64,000 nt of DNA from Verrucomicrobiia bacterium (GCA_049968335.1 JBMFQZ010000006.1:78961-142960); one strand, 5' to 3'. Counted from the first letter of the stretch, positions 39,263-46,920 are shown. Numbers and translations are program-made. The notes: generated from the letters alone by a model not told the origin.

Positions 39263-40930
39263 CTAACTTGCCAAGGCCTTCAGTAAGGCGGACACCTTGC
39301 TTTTGAAGTCCTTGATCTTTTCGTCTGCGACCTTACCCTGTTGTACGGCCAAGAGAACCTCGGCTGCTTTGCGCCATCGTTCCCCACTGGTTTGAATTCC
39401 GAGAAAATCCTCCAAGTTGTTTGGCAGCTTGTAGACATCCTTTGTGCAATCGTTCTTGGCCTTCTGAATGAGATTGTTAAGCTTGTCCTGCTTTTCTTTT
39501 TCGCTACCGGTCTTGTTCGCATCCTTGTCATGCAAGACAGCATGATCAATTCGGAACTCGCCCAAAAGGTTCATGAAGCGGTGGATGTTGTATTTTCCGA
39601 GTGTTTCTAAAACAAACACCCCATTGGCGTTAGAAGAAAGTTGCCCGGTCTTGAGCAGGTAGTTGATCAACACCTGTTCCGAAAGCCCTTCAACGATGAG
39701 AACGGCGTTTGCGAAGAAGAGGCTGCTTCGTTCGGGATTCAGCCACAGAAAATGGCGCACTGCTTCCAGTTCCGCCGAACCCGCCTGCACGCCGAGAATT
39801 TCCGCGATTTGCTGGTTGTCCTCAAAGATTTCCTTCAAACGGACCTTTTTGATTTGGGCAACTTCGGTCTTGCCGGCTACTCGCCGCACACGAACCAAAT
39901 CCGCGAGGTCATCGGTGTTGTAGCTGACGAACTGGGGCGAGTGCGAAGCGGCAATGACCTGACGGCCCGGTTTAGCTGCGAGTTGGCGCAAACTGGTGTC
40001 GAGCACGTCTTGTTGCGGCGGATGCAGGAACGCCTCGGGCTCTTCAAACAGTAAAAGCTCCATTTCCGGCGAGAACTCCTTTTTCTCCGACTTGGGCTTT
40101 GACGCGGTGTAGCCCGCGGCGATCCGAATCAGCGTGAAGATCAGATGCCGCTGCAAGCCATGACCAAAGGCGTCAGGGCTCATCTCGGTATTCAAGGCGC
40201 TGTCGGTCAGGGTGTAGCGAATCAGGTTCTTGATGATGTCATCAACTTGTGGCGGATTGATGCCTAGATTAAAGGAGACGCCCCACTCTTTGATTTGATC
40301 AGTGATTTTCGCCTCGAGGTCCGAAAGCGAGCGTTTGTCAGGCGTCTCCTCGTTTTTTATGTTCCAGCTAAACTTAGCGAAGTCTTCGGTCAGGGCGGTA
40401 AAGGCGTTACTCGAAGTGATGACAGGCTTTAGGATGTCGTTAATTAGATCGCGCAGCGCGCTCGGCCCTGTCAGTTTGGTGTGCTCTTCCAATCGGCTGA
40501 CAGCCGGGATGTAAATCACATTGCCAAGTTTGCCCTGAGCCACGTTTTTCCAGCCGTAGAACAAATTCTGCGACAAGCTGCCATTTTCATAACCGAAAAA
40601 ACCGGCCTTCGCTTTATCGGACGGCCACAGCCACTTGCGAACGCGGCAACGGTTTTGGCCGATCAGGTATTCTTTTTTTATGTCTGCCGCCTCTTCTTGA
40701 GACAATTCGTATTCGAGTTCCACCCAGCTTTCCTGGTCATTGGTTTGGAACTTCGGGAAATCCCGGTCTTGGTCGAACTTCAGATCTTTCTCGTAAACGG
40801 TTCGTAGAGCATCGAGGACGTTGCTCTTGCCGGAATTGTTCGGCCCGATAAGCAGCGAATAGTCGCCGAAGCGGATTGTCTGCTCAGCAATCGAACGATA
40901 GTTGTGGATTTTCAGCTCTCTGATTTTCAT
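39263..40930 (-). CDS. OLD-family ATP-dependent nuclease (ABC-type ATPase + Toprim)
   Basis: It has MKIRELKIHNYRSI, Walker A GPNNSGKSN, Walker B LLLFEEPEAFLHP and ASHSP. Toprim follows with AVLIVEGLSEQVLI and LHDKD. A GGAG lies upstream of the ATG at 40930, 10 nt after the methyltransferase stop. Confidence 0.85.
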   Translation of the reverse strand: MKIRELKIHNYRSIAEQTIRFGDYSLLIGPNNSGKSNVLDALRTVYEKDLKFDQDRDFPKFQTNDQESWVELEYELSQEEAADIKKEYLIGQNRCRVRKWLWPSDKAKAGFFGYENGSLSQNLFYGWKNVAQGKLGNVIYIPAVSRLEEHTKLTGPSALRDLINDILKPVITSSNAFTALTEDFAKFSWNIKNEETPDKRSLSDLEAKITDQIKEWGVSFNLGINPPQVDDIIKNLIRYTLTDSALNTEMSPDAFGHGLQRHLIFTLIRIAAGYTASKPKSEKKEFSPEMELLLFEEPEAFLHPPQQDVLDTSLRQLAAKPGRQVIAASHSPQFVSYNTDDLADLVRVRRVAGKTEVAQIKKVRLKEIFEDNQQIAEILGVQAGSAELEAVRHFLWLNPERSSLFFANAVLIVEGLSEQVLINYLLKTGQLSSNANGVFVLETLGKYNIHRFMNLLGEFRIDHAVLHDKDANKTGSEKEKQDKLNNLIQKAKNDCTKDVYKLPNNLEDFLGIQTSGERWRKAAEVLLAVQQGKVADEKIKDFKSKVSALLKALAS

Positions 40931-40940
40931 GTTTTGCTCC

Positions 40941-41075
40941 TCACACGCTTTGGGCTTTTTCGAGGCGGGCGCGGACCAGCCCGACCACCGCCTCATACAC
41001 CGCCTCCCGCTCCCCGGCCGTCAAGCCCAACACATCAAACACCACTTCGTCCAAGGCGAAGCGGTCAGGTGATGC
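40941..41075 (-). repeat. Copy 1 (functional) of the triplicated methyltransferase 3' end
   Basis: It encodes ...FDVLGLTAGEREAVYEAVVGLVRARLEKAQSV* and is the reference for the fragments at 39082-39205 and 38361-38450. Confidence 0.9.
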
Positions 41076-44000
41076 TTGTCGCACTCGGTCTAAAGAAGCG
41101 GCAGAAGGGATGATATGTTCGTAGGGGTGGTTCACATGCGAACAGTGCAGCTCTTTGCACAGCGGAAATCCCAGCTCTTCAAAAACTGTGCGAACAACGC
41201 GCTTGGATAAAGCTTCAAACGCATCAATTAGGCGACTTATTGTTTGCAGGGTGAGATCGGTTGGGTCAATAACCGGGAATAGACCCACATCCGGGCCATT
41301 CACTGAAACTGCGCCAAGCCCCCAAGGCACGTTCCCGATGAGCTCATTCAATCCCGCCGCCACCGTTGAGTTGCAGAAAGCACCGATCACGGCCTTGTGT
41401 TCTTTTGTGTGGAAAATGATTTTATAGAACTTTTGCCCATAAACCCTGCCCAACACGATAGGAACAAAAAAACGAGCGCCTACCATTCGTGGGTATAGCA
41501 AATCACCGAGTTGGCGTGAGTTGCCGGTTGACTTAACTCCGAAGAACACCACGCCAGGGCTATTCTCTGTAAGGCGCATGGTCGAAAGCGAATCAATGCT
41601 GTCAACGAAAGGCACGGAGGGGAATCTCGGCCCGATATTGTTGCCGTGGATGTACCCCTCGATTCTCGCAAATAATCGCAAGGGTTTTAATTTTGGCAAC
41701 ACGTGCGTCATCAGGATGTCCGGAGCGCGCAGGTATTTGCCGCCCCATTTGTTGGCTTCGTAACGAGCGGTTTTGATGAACGGGGTGCGCGGTTTCTTGC
41801 CGGCCGACGCGGGTTCGTCGTCGTCTTCCTCGCGGGCGAGGCCTTCCTCGAACAGGTCGCGTTGGGGTCGGACGCAGATTCGCCAGCGGTCGGTGCTCTG
41901 GCGTTCGGCGGCGGACTCCAGCCTCTTGAAGGTGGCGGCGTCGAGCACGTCCTCGAACGGGACTTTGAACATAACAAAGCGGGCGGTCTGGTCGAGGCCG
42001 CTCTCGCGGCGGTCGTCGGGCGGTGCAAGCAGGGCGATGATCGTGTTGACATCAGCCTGGGCAAAGGAGCGTTTCCGTTCGTTGTCGAGGATGAACTTGA
42101 CGTGGCTGTGTTTGAGGAGGAACTCCTGCAGGTCTGCGCCGTAGCCGACATCGAGCCAGGAGTTGGAGGTGATGAAGCAGAAGCTTCCGCGCTCAGTCAG
42201 CAACGCCAGCCCGTGCAGGTAGAAGTAGATGTAGAGGTCGCTCTGACCGTCCAGTTTTCGATAATTGGCAGAGCTCGGCTTATACCGGAAAAACTTGGGC
42301 CACGCAGCAGCAACGGACTGAGCAAGTTTTGCTTTATAATCCGCCTTTTGTTCCTTCCATCGCGGGGCGTCTTCGCCGCCGTAGTCCTCAGGATTTTTGT
42401 CCGGCGGGGCGATCTTCTCTTTTCGGACATAGGGCGGGTTGCCGATGACGATGTCGAAGCCGGCCTTGTCGCCCTCGAAGATTTCCACAAAGGCGATGTC
42501 CCAGACGAACGGGACTTGTTGGGTGGTGCGCAGCGCCTGCAGGGCTTGTTCGATGCGGTTGAGTTCGGCTTGGCGCTCGGCGCGTTCGGCGCGCCATCCT
42601 TCTTCGAGGCGGAGACGTTCCTGTTTGGCCTGGCCGGGGGCGATGCCGGCCAGTTCGCCCTGTTCCACGCGCGATTCGATTTGATGGGTGAGCGCGGCGA
42701 TGGATTTCTGGAGGGCGAGGCGTTTGTGCGTGAGGATGTCGTGGAAGATGTCGAGTTCTTCCTTTTTGAGGTCGGCTTCGCGGAGGCCGGATTCGCCTTG
42801 GTAGAAGCGGAGTTTTTTGCCTTTGAGCTGGGTGAGTCGGCCTTTGAGTGAGGCAGGAATGTCGAGGTGGTCGCGGTGGAGACCGAGGTTGATGCCGCCG
42901 ATTTCCTGCACGAGGCTGTCGCCGCAGCGGACTTTGAAGGAGAGATTGGGCAGGAGCGGGCGAAATTTTAGTTCCGCAGCTTGGAGCTCGGTTTCTACGA
43001 CCAGTTGCAGCCAGAGGCGCAGTTCGGTGACGTGGATTGCCCAGTCCATCACGTCCACGCCGTAGAGTTGTTCGCCGATAATGCGGCGGCGGCGTTCGTA
43101 GGGGGTTTCTTCGAGGCCGAGTTGGGCGTTGGCGCGGGCTTGGAGGTCGTCGAGCACCAGCAACATGCCGACGAGGAACGAGCCGGAGCCGCAAGCGGGG
43201 TCGCAGACGGTGGTTTCGCGCAGGAGACGGTTGAGGTCGGGCCAGAGGTTTTGGGCAGCGAGCGCGCGGTCGGCGGCTTCTTTGTTGGCGGGGTCGTAAG
43301 CGAAGACGGCGTCGTAGAGCAGCGGTTTTTTGTCCTGGCCAAGCCGGTTGGCGAGGGTGTCGGTAAGGCTGAGGCGGCACATCAGGTCAATTTCGACGCG
43401 CGGGGTGTAGAAGATGCCGGCCGAGCCGCGCAGGTCGTCTTCGGTGAGTCCCTCGAAGGTGATGTTGACGAGGGATTCATAGACTTTGCCGATCATTTCG
43501 GGGTCAACGGCGACCTCGATGTCCAGCGGGGTAGATTCGGCGATGGTGAAGTTGTAGCGTTCGAGGAAGCCGGGGCTGCTTCCGTCAAAGGAATCGAAGA
43601 GGGTGGTAAAAAACTCGTCCGGCAGTTTCGCGTCGTAGGCGTCGTCGAGTTTGTTTTGGGTGAACAAGCCGCCGTTGAGAAACGGGGCTTGAGCGAGGGC
43701 GTGGCGGATGGGGTCGGGGAAATGGCGGTGTCCGCCGTGGAACTTGTTGTTGAACGCCTCGAAGAACAGGACGGAGAGCCAGCGGTCGAAAAAGGTGTCC
43801 TTGGGCTGGTCTGAGTTTTTGTAGGCGCGCCAGAATTCGGCGATGAAGTTCGGATTGTTGACGAGCCAGCGCTTGCGCTGGATGAAGTAAAGGAACATCA
43901 GGCGGTTGAGCAGTTGCAGGGCGTAATCGTGCGCCCAGATTTTGTCGCGGGAGGCATTGGTCAGGTGGGCTTGTAGGTTGGCAAAGACCTTCTTGTAGTC

Positions 44001-44537
44001 GTCGAAGAACCGTTTGGTGACTGCTTCGACATCGAAGGCTCGGTTGAGTTTGTCGGTTAGGGTGGTGATGAGTGGTTCGCCTTGTTCAAGTTCATCGAGG
44101 CTGAAGGCGAGTTCGCCCAGTCGCTCGATAGTGGTGCGGGCGGGAGAGCCGACCTCGTAGGGGAGGGTGCGGAGTTCGATCTTTTCGTCGGGCCGCTGAC
44201 GCGCCCAGGTGAAGGCGGCTTGTCGCTGGTCGGAGGTCACATAGCAGAGGAGATGTTCGGCATGGAGGGGTTTGAGGGCACGCTGAACCACGCGGCGGGC
44301 TGTGACACCGGGAAATTTCTTCTCTGGCCAATCTATGCGATATACCGGAAGACCCGAAAGTTGTGCCACCGGATGGAGGGTGAGGAGCCCGCTTACCGGC
44401 GTTCCGACTTCGAGAGTTCGCGACGTCATACCCCGCGGCGCACCCCAGTTGAGGGTCTGGCAGAAAAGCTCCCCCAGGTTTTCCGCCAAATTGCCGCCGG
44501 TCAATTGGGCTTCGATTTGTTGAAGAATCGTGTTCAT
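40941..44537 (-). CDS. Eco57I/PglX-like gamma-class N6-adenine DNA methyltransferase with a C-terminal specificity region (1198 aa)
   Basis: Motifs are GIFYTPR, motif I VCDPACGSGSFLVGML, LYGVDVMDWAIHVTELRLWL, motif IV FDIVIGNPPYVRKE and KWGGKYLRAPDI. The N-terminal region has LLNRLMFLYFIQRKRWL...FLNGGLF. I saw no clear PD-(D/E)xK motif. Confidence 0.85.
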   Translation of the reverse strand: MNTILQQIEAQLTGGNLAENLGELFCQTLNWGAPRGMTSRTLEVGTPVSGLLTLHPVAQLSGLPVYRIDWPEKKFPGVTARRVVQRALKPLHAEHLLCYVTSDQRQAAFTWARQRPDEKIELRTLPYEVGSPARTTIERLGELAFSLDELEQGEPLITTLTDKLNRAFDVEAVTKRFFDDYKKVFANLQAHLTNASRDKIWAHDYALQLLNRLMFLYFIQRKRWLVNNPNFIAEFWRAYKNSDQPKDTFFDRWLSVLFFEAFNNKFHGGHRHFPDPIRHALAQAPFLNGGLFTQNKLDDAYDAKLPDEFFTTLFDSFDGSSPGFLERYNFTIAESTPLDIEVAVDPEMIGKVYESLVNITFEGLTEDDLRGSAGIFYTPRVEIDLMCRLSLTDTLANRLGQDKKPLLYDAVFAYDPANKEAADRALAAQNLWPDLNRLLRETTVCDPACGSGSFLVGMLLVLDDLQARANAQLGLEETPYERRRRIIGEQLYGVDVMDWAIHVTELRLWLQLVVETELQAAELKFRPLLPNLSFKVRCGDSLVQEIGGINLGLHRDHLDIPASLKGRLTQLKGKKLRFYQGESGLREADLKKEELDIFHDILTHKRLALQKSIAALTHQIESRVEQGELAGIAPGQAKQERLRLEEGWRAERAERQAELNRIEQALQALRTTQQVPFVWDIAFVEIFEGDKAGFDIVIGNPPYVRKEKIAPPDKNPEDYGGEDAPRWKEQKADYKAKLAQSVAAAWPKFFRYKPSSANYRKLDGQSDLYIYFYLHGLALLTERGSFCFITSNSWLDVGYGADLQEFLLKHSHVKFILDNERKRSFAQADVNTIIALLAPPDDRRESGLDQTARFVMFKVPFEDVLDAATFKRLESAAERQSTDRWRICVRPQRDLFEEGLAREEDDDEPASAGKKPRTPFIKTARYEANKWGGKYLRAPDILMTHVLPKLKPLRLFARIEGYIHGNNIGPRFPSVPFVDSIDSLSTMRLTENSPGVVFFGVKSTGNSRQLGDLLYPRMVGARFFVPIVLGRVYGQKFYKIIFHTKEHKAVIGAFCNSTVAAGLNELIGNVPWGLGAVSVNGPDVGLFPVIDPTDLTLQTISRLIDAFEALSKRVVRTVFEELGFPLCKELHCSHVNHPYEHIIPSAASLDRVRQASPDRFALDEVVFDVLGLTAGEREAVYEAVVGLVRARLEKAQSV

Positions 44538-45271
44538 GGCCGTTCCTCAGTCATTGCTGTGGACGAAAAACTCGAAGATGCCGCCACTAATCCCATTGAG
44601 CAAATGATACGGGGTTCGGAGCGACTGGTATCGTCTTCGTCTGTCACTTCACAGAGGTTTTCATCTATTGCCCGGCGCAATACAAGTTCAAGCAGCGCTT
44701 CGTCGGTGATGCCCAGGCGCATCTGCCTGTTGACGGCATCTTGCGCGGCGCGCTTGAGCGGGTATCGCCAGATCAGGTTGAGCACAGAGTCGATCTGTTT
44801 CAAGGTTTCTGGGGTGAAGAGCGTGGGGTTAACCTGAAACCGCTCGCGGTAGCGTTTGAGACGATCGTAGAGTTTCCGGCGCATGCTTCGGAGCGAGCCT
44901 AGCTGGCCGCCTAAGGCAGTCTGCTCCTCGGTGGCAATTTCTACGCAACGGGCGACAAGGTTGTGATGGTTCTCTGCCCGCGGCAGCGGCGGGGTGTTCG
45001 GGGCGCACGCGGCGGCGCGGAAGATGGCGGATATAAACTTGGAAACCAGGTTACCCCGCTCATCCACTCGCACAAGCGCAACGGCGCCGTCTGGGTAGCG
45101 CAAGTAAGTAAGCACCACGGGCGGGTTGTTGACGTGCTCCTTGTCCCGATGATCGTAGGATTCGGTCGGGCGCTTATTCTGATTGGTTTGCGTTTTTCTC
45201 TTGCGTGCAGTCAATTCACACCACCCGCTCCTTGTTGGCGTAAACAAGTTCGTATTCCTTCTTGGCGTCAA
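44534..45271 (-). CDS. Hypothetical protein translationally coupled to the methyltransferase (start uncertain)
   Basis: The G+C-rich ORF stops in an ATGA overlap with the methyltransferase start (44534-44537). Its first ~19 codons overlap a 48-codon ORF in another frame. A TTG at 45214 sits 1 nt after that ORF's TGA. Confidence 0.55.
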   Translation of the reverse strand: MTPRRNTNLFTPTRSGWCELTARKRKTQTNQNKRPTESYDHRDKEHVNNPPVVLTYLRYPDGAVALVRVDERGNLVSKFISAIFRAAACAPNTPPLPRAENHHNLVARCVEIATEEQTALGGQLGSLRSMRRKLYDRLKRYRERFQVNPTLFTPETLKQIDSVLNLIWRYPLKRAAQDAVNRQMRLGITDEALLELVLRRAIDENLCEVTDEDDTSRSEPRIICSMGLVAASSSFSSTAMTEERP

Positions 45272-45362
45272 AGAGGATCACCTTGGAGTCCTCCGGTAAG
45301 GGCTTGCCTTCCCTGAGGAGACTTACAATACGTTCAATTTCTTGCTCTGAAAGTTTACGCAT
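45216..45362 (-). CDS. 48-aa ORF resembling the extreme N-terminus of Mod-type adenine methyltransferases (possible gene remnant)
   Basis: The hand translation is MRKLSEQEIERIVSLLREGKPLPEDSKVILFDAKKEYELVYANKERVV*. The LL..GK.LP......LF...KEYELVYAGKE leader is remembered from type III-like Mod proteins. It is absent from the supplied track because it is under 60 aa. Confidence 0.4.
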   Translation of the reverse strand: MRKLSEQEIERIVSLLREGKPLPEDSKVILFDAKKEYELVYANKERVV

Positions 45363-45402
45363 TTCAATTACCTCGCTTTTCCTTTCTTGCCTGTGTTCAT
45401 TC

Positions 45403-45519
45403 CTAATCCTGGATGATGGACACGATAGAGGCGTTCTGGGTCTGCTTCTGAATTTCCAGGGCTGTCTCCTTCAGGAAGAAATGCTGCTCCTCGGTAATCT
45501 CAGTGGTTGTCTTTCTCAT
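45403..45519 (-). CDS. Small (38 aa) ribbon-helix-helix-like protein, putative operon regulator
   Basis: The sequence is MRKTTTEITEEQHFFLKETALEIQKQTQNASIVSIIQD. A GGGAG lies 9 nt upstream of the ATG at 45519. It is the first ORF of the island operon, and the fold assignment is tentative. Confidence 0.35.
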   Translation of the reverse strand: MRKTTTEITEEQHFFLKETALEIQKQTQNASIVSIIQD

Positions 45520-45834
45520 AATCGTTTTACTCCCGGTTTTTAAAGCACGGTTTCTCGGTCTAACTATATCGTTATAATTTTGAATATAGCCACATAAAGT
45601 CAAGGTGAATTTTGCCGCCTCTCTCACCTTTTGTCGATACCCTTAATCTCGCCTATTAGTAGCGGGGCAATGTCTCTGTCTCCGTTCCTGCCAAGCGAAT
45701 TCTCCGGGCTGGGCGGCTCGGATCAAAGCCCTTATATCTACTTTGGAGGCGCAAGGACTTTTTATTTCTACGAGGAGACATTCTCCGTTTGCTTTCCGAT
45801 TATCTTCCGTAGTGGAACCACTTGAGTGGCGCAC

Positions 45835-46064
45835 GGTTGCGGGCGATTTTAAGAAACCGAATACCAAAGGAGGCAAAATATACTCCGATTGCAACGGTGG
45901 TTGGAGAGTCGGGCAAGGATTACGGCGATGCCGCAGGTTTAATTGAATTTCCTAACGGTGGCAGGGTTCTATATATTGCCAGCGTGTTGCAACTTGACCC
46001 GATTAACGGTTTTGAAATTCGCCGCAGTATAGCGGAATATCTGATAAAACTGAGCGGTAAATAA
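45835..46064 (+). pseudogene. Headless duplicate of the last 76 codons of the 34678..38256 gene
   Basis: RLRAILRNRIPKEAKYTPIATVVGESGKDYGDAAGLIEFPNGGRVLYIASVLQLDPINGFEIRRSIAEYLIKLSGK* differs from the intact gene end by one residue (V to I). The ORF-track entry 45822..46064 only adds 4 unrelated codons. Confidence 0.9.
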
Positions 46065-46130
46065 TTTATTGATTAATCCATTGGCGTTCTTTTGTCGCGG
46101 TAGAAATTTGCGCTGCCGTCCAGCATCGTT
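45835..46130 (+). repeat. Right copy of the ~296-bp direct repeat bracketing the insertion
   Basis: See 38027-38322; the offset is 7808 bp. Confidence 0.95.
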
Positions 46131-46786
46131 CTATTTCTGCCGCCCGTATGCGGAGTTCTGCCGCGAATATTCTGCGGCAAAGTTGCGATTGTTGATGGAA
46201 AATAGACATCTACTGTAAGTTCAACTTCCGATGCAGAGGCTGGCGGCGGCGCGTTCGGGTTATTTGCCAGCCTGAGCGAGGCTACACAATCCTCTATTGT
46301 GCGTCCCCAGAAGTTGTCTGGTGGCACTGGGTCATCTTTCCTATCAAACCGCCACATCCAGTATCTTACCATGACGGATTTTGGACTATTGTCGCCAATG
46401 TCGGCTTCCTGAGAGGTTTGGATTATTGAAGATAGACCTTTTTTCTCAACTGCAGGACAGTTCCATATATTTGATTGATTGATGTAGTGTCGCAGAACTA
46501 CCGCAGCCCAGCCGGCGCGCGGATCGCTTTGGGGCCAGGTTGTCCATGGTTTATATCCGCCAGGAAGGCTCATTTTTAAATCGCGTCTATCAGGAAACCT
46601 GCCTTGATTCTCATCCAGATACATAAACAAAGCGCTTGACTGTTGTTTGAGATTTGAAAGACAGGAAATTCTATATGCCGCGTTTTTTGACCTTATTACC
46701 GCAGGCAACAAAATGGATGCAAGGATTCCAATTATCCCGATTACGACGAGCAATTCAATTAAGGTAAAACCGCTCCTTAATTGCAT
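46073..46786 (-). CDS. Prepilin-type N-terminal cleavage/methylation domain protein (DUF1559-like, H-X9-DG tail)
   Basis: It has [25 protein letters not shown] after the ATG at 46786, and a C-terminal [13 protein letters not shown] (H-X9-DG). Confidence 0.85.
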   Translation of the reverse strand: MQLRSGFTLIELLVVIGIIGILASILLPAVIRSKNAAYRISCLSNLKQQSSALFMYLDENQGRFPDRRDLKMSLPGGYKPWTTWPQSDPRAGWAAVVLRHYINQSNIWNCPAVEKKGLSSIIQTSQEADIGDNSPKSVMVRYWMWRFDRKDDPVPPDNFWGRTIEDCVASLRLANNPNAPPPASASEVELTVDVYFPSTIATLPQNIRGRTPHTGGRNRTMLDGSANFYRDKRTPMD

Positions 46787-46920
46787 ATGAGAAAAAACAG
46801 AATAGAAGCAGTTGGGGCGCATCAATTTATTACGAGTATAACGCAATCCGGATGAACAGAGACTTGTGATATTCATCCGCTTGCTTGAAAAAGCAACTTC
46901 ATCTATAAATATTTTGATTT

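Larger units (their letters stand above)
38323..45834 (-). mobile_element. Inserted genomic island (defence-type cargo) with no recombinase gene
   Basis: It lies between the two copies of the 296-bp duplication. All its genes are on the minus strand. The centre is much more G+C-rich than the flanks: hand counts of single 60-nt lines give ~68% at 42541 versus 38-52% in flanking genes. Confidence 0.85.

Noticed and set aside
39263-40930. Calling the OLD-type gene Gabija GajA or PARIS AriA
   Set aside because: No UvrD-like helicase (GajB) is adjacent, and there is no separate Toprim/DUF4435 protein (AriB). ATPase and Toprim are fused, and the neighbour is a methyltransferase.
41703-43814. Long ORFs inside or antisense to the methyltransferase gene: 41703..42851 (+, 382 aa), 42981..43814 (+, 277 aa), 42388..43380 (-, 330 aa, alternate frame), and also 44082..44837 (+, 251 aa)
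   Set aside because: Their composition is low-complexity R/P/A/G-rich. They lie in a ~65-70% G+C stretch where stop codons are rare in all frames. The 1198-aa frame carries all the recognisable methyltransferase motifs.
38323-45834. Calling the island a BREX system
   Set aside because: Only a PglX-like methyltransferase is present. No BrxA, BrxB, BrxC/PglY, PglZ or BrxL-like ORFs exist in or near the island.
38323-45834. Integrase, transposase or terminal inverted repeats of the island
   Set aside because: No ORF has tyrosine/serine recombinase or DDE motifs. The only local symmetry near the right end is AGTGG-aa-CCACT-tg-AGTGG at 45811-45829, with no counterpart at the left end.
45822-46064. 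The 80-aa ORF as an independent gene
   Set aside because: It is the duplicated last 76 codons of the 34678..38256 gene, plus four unrelated codons from a TTG start. It has no promoter or RBS context.
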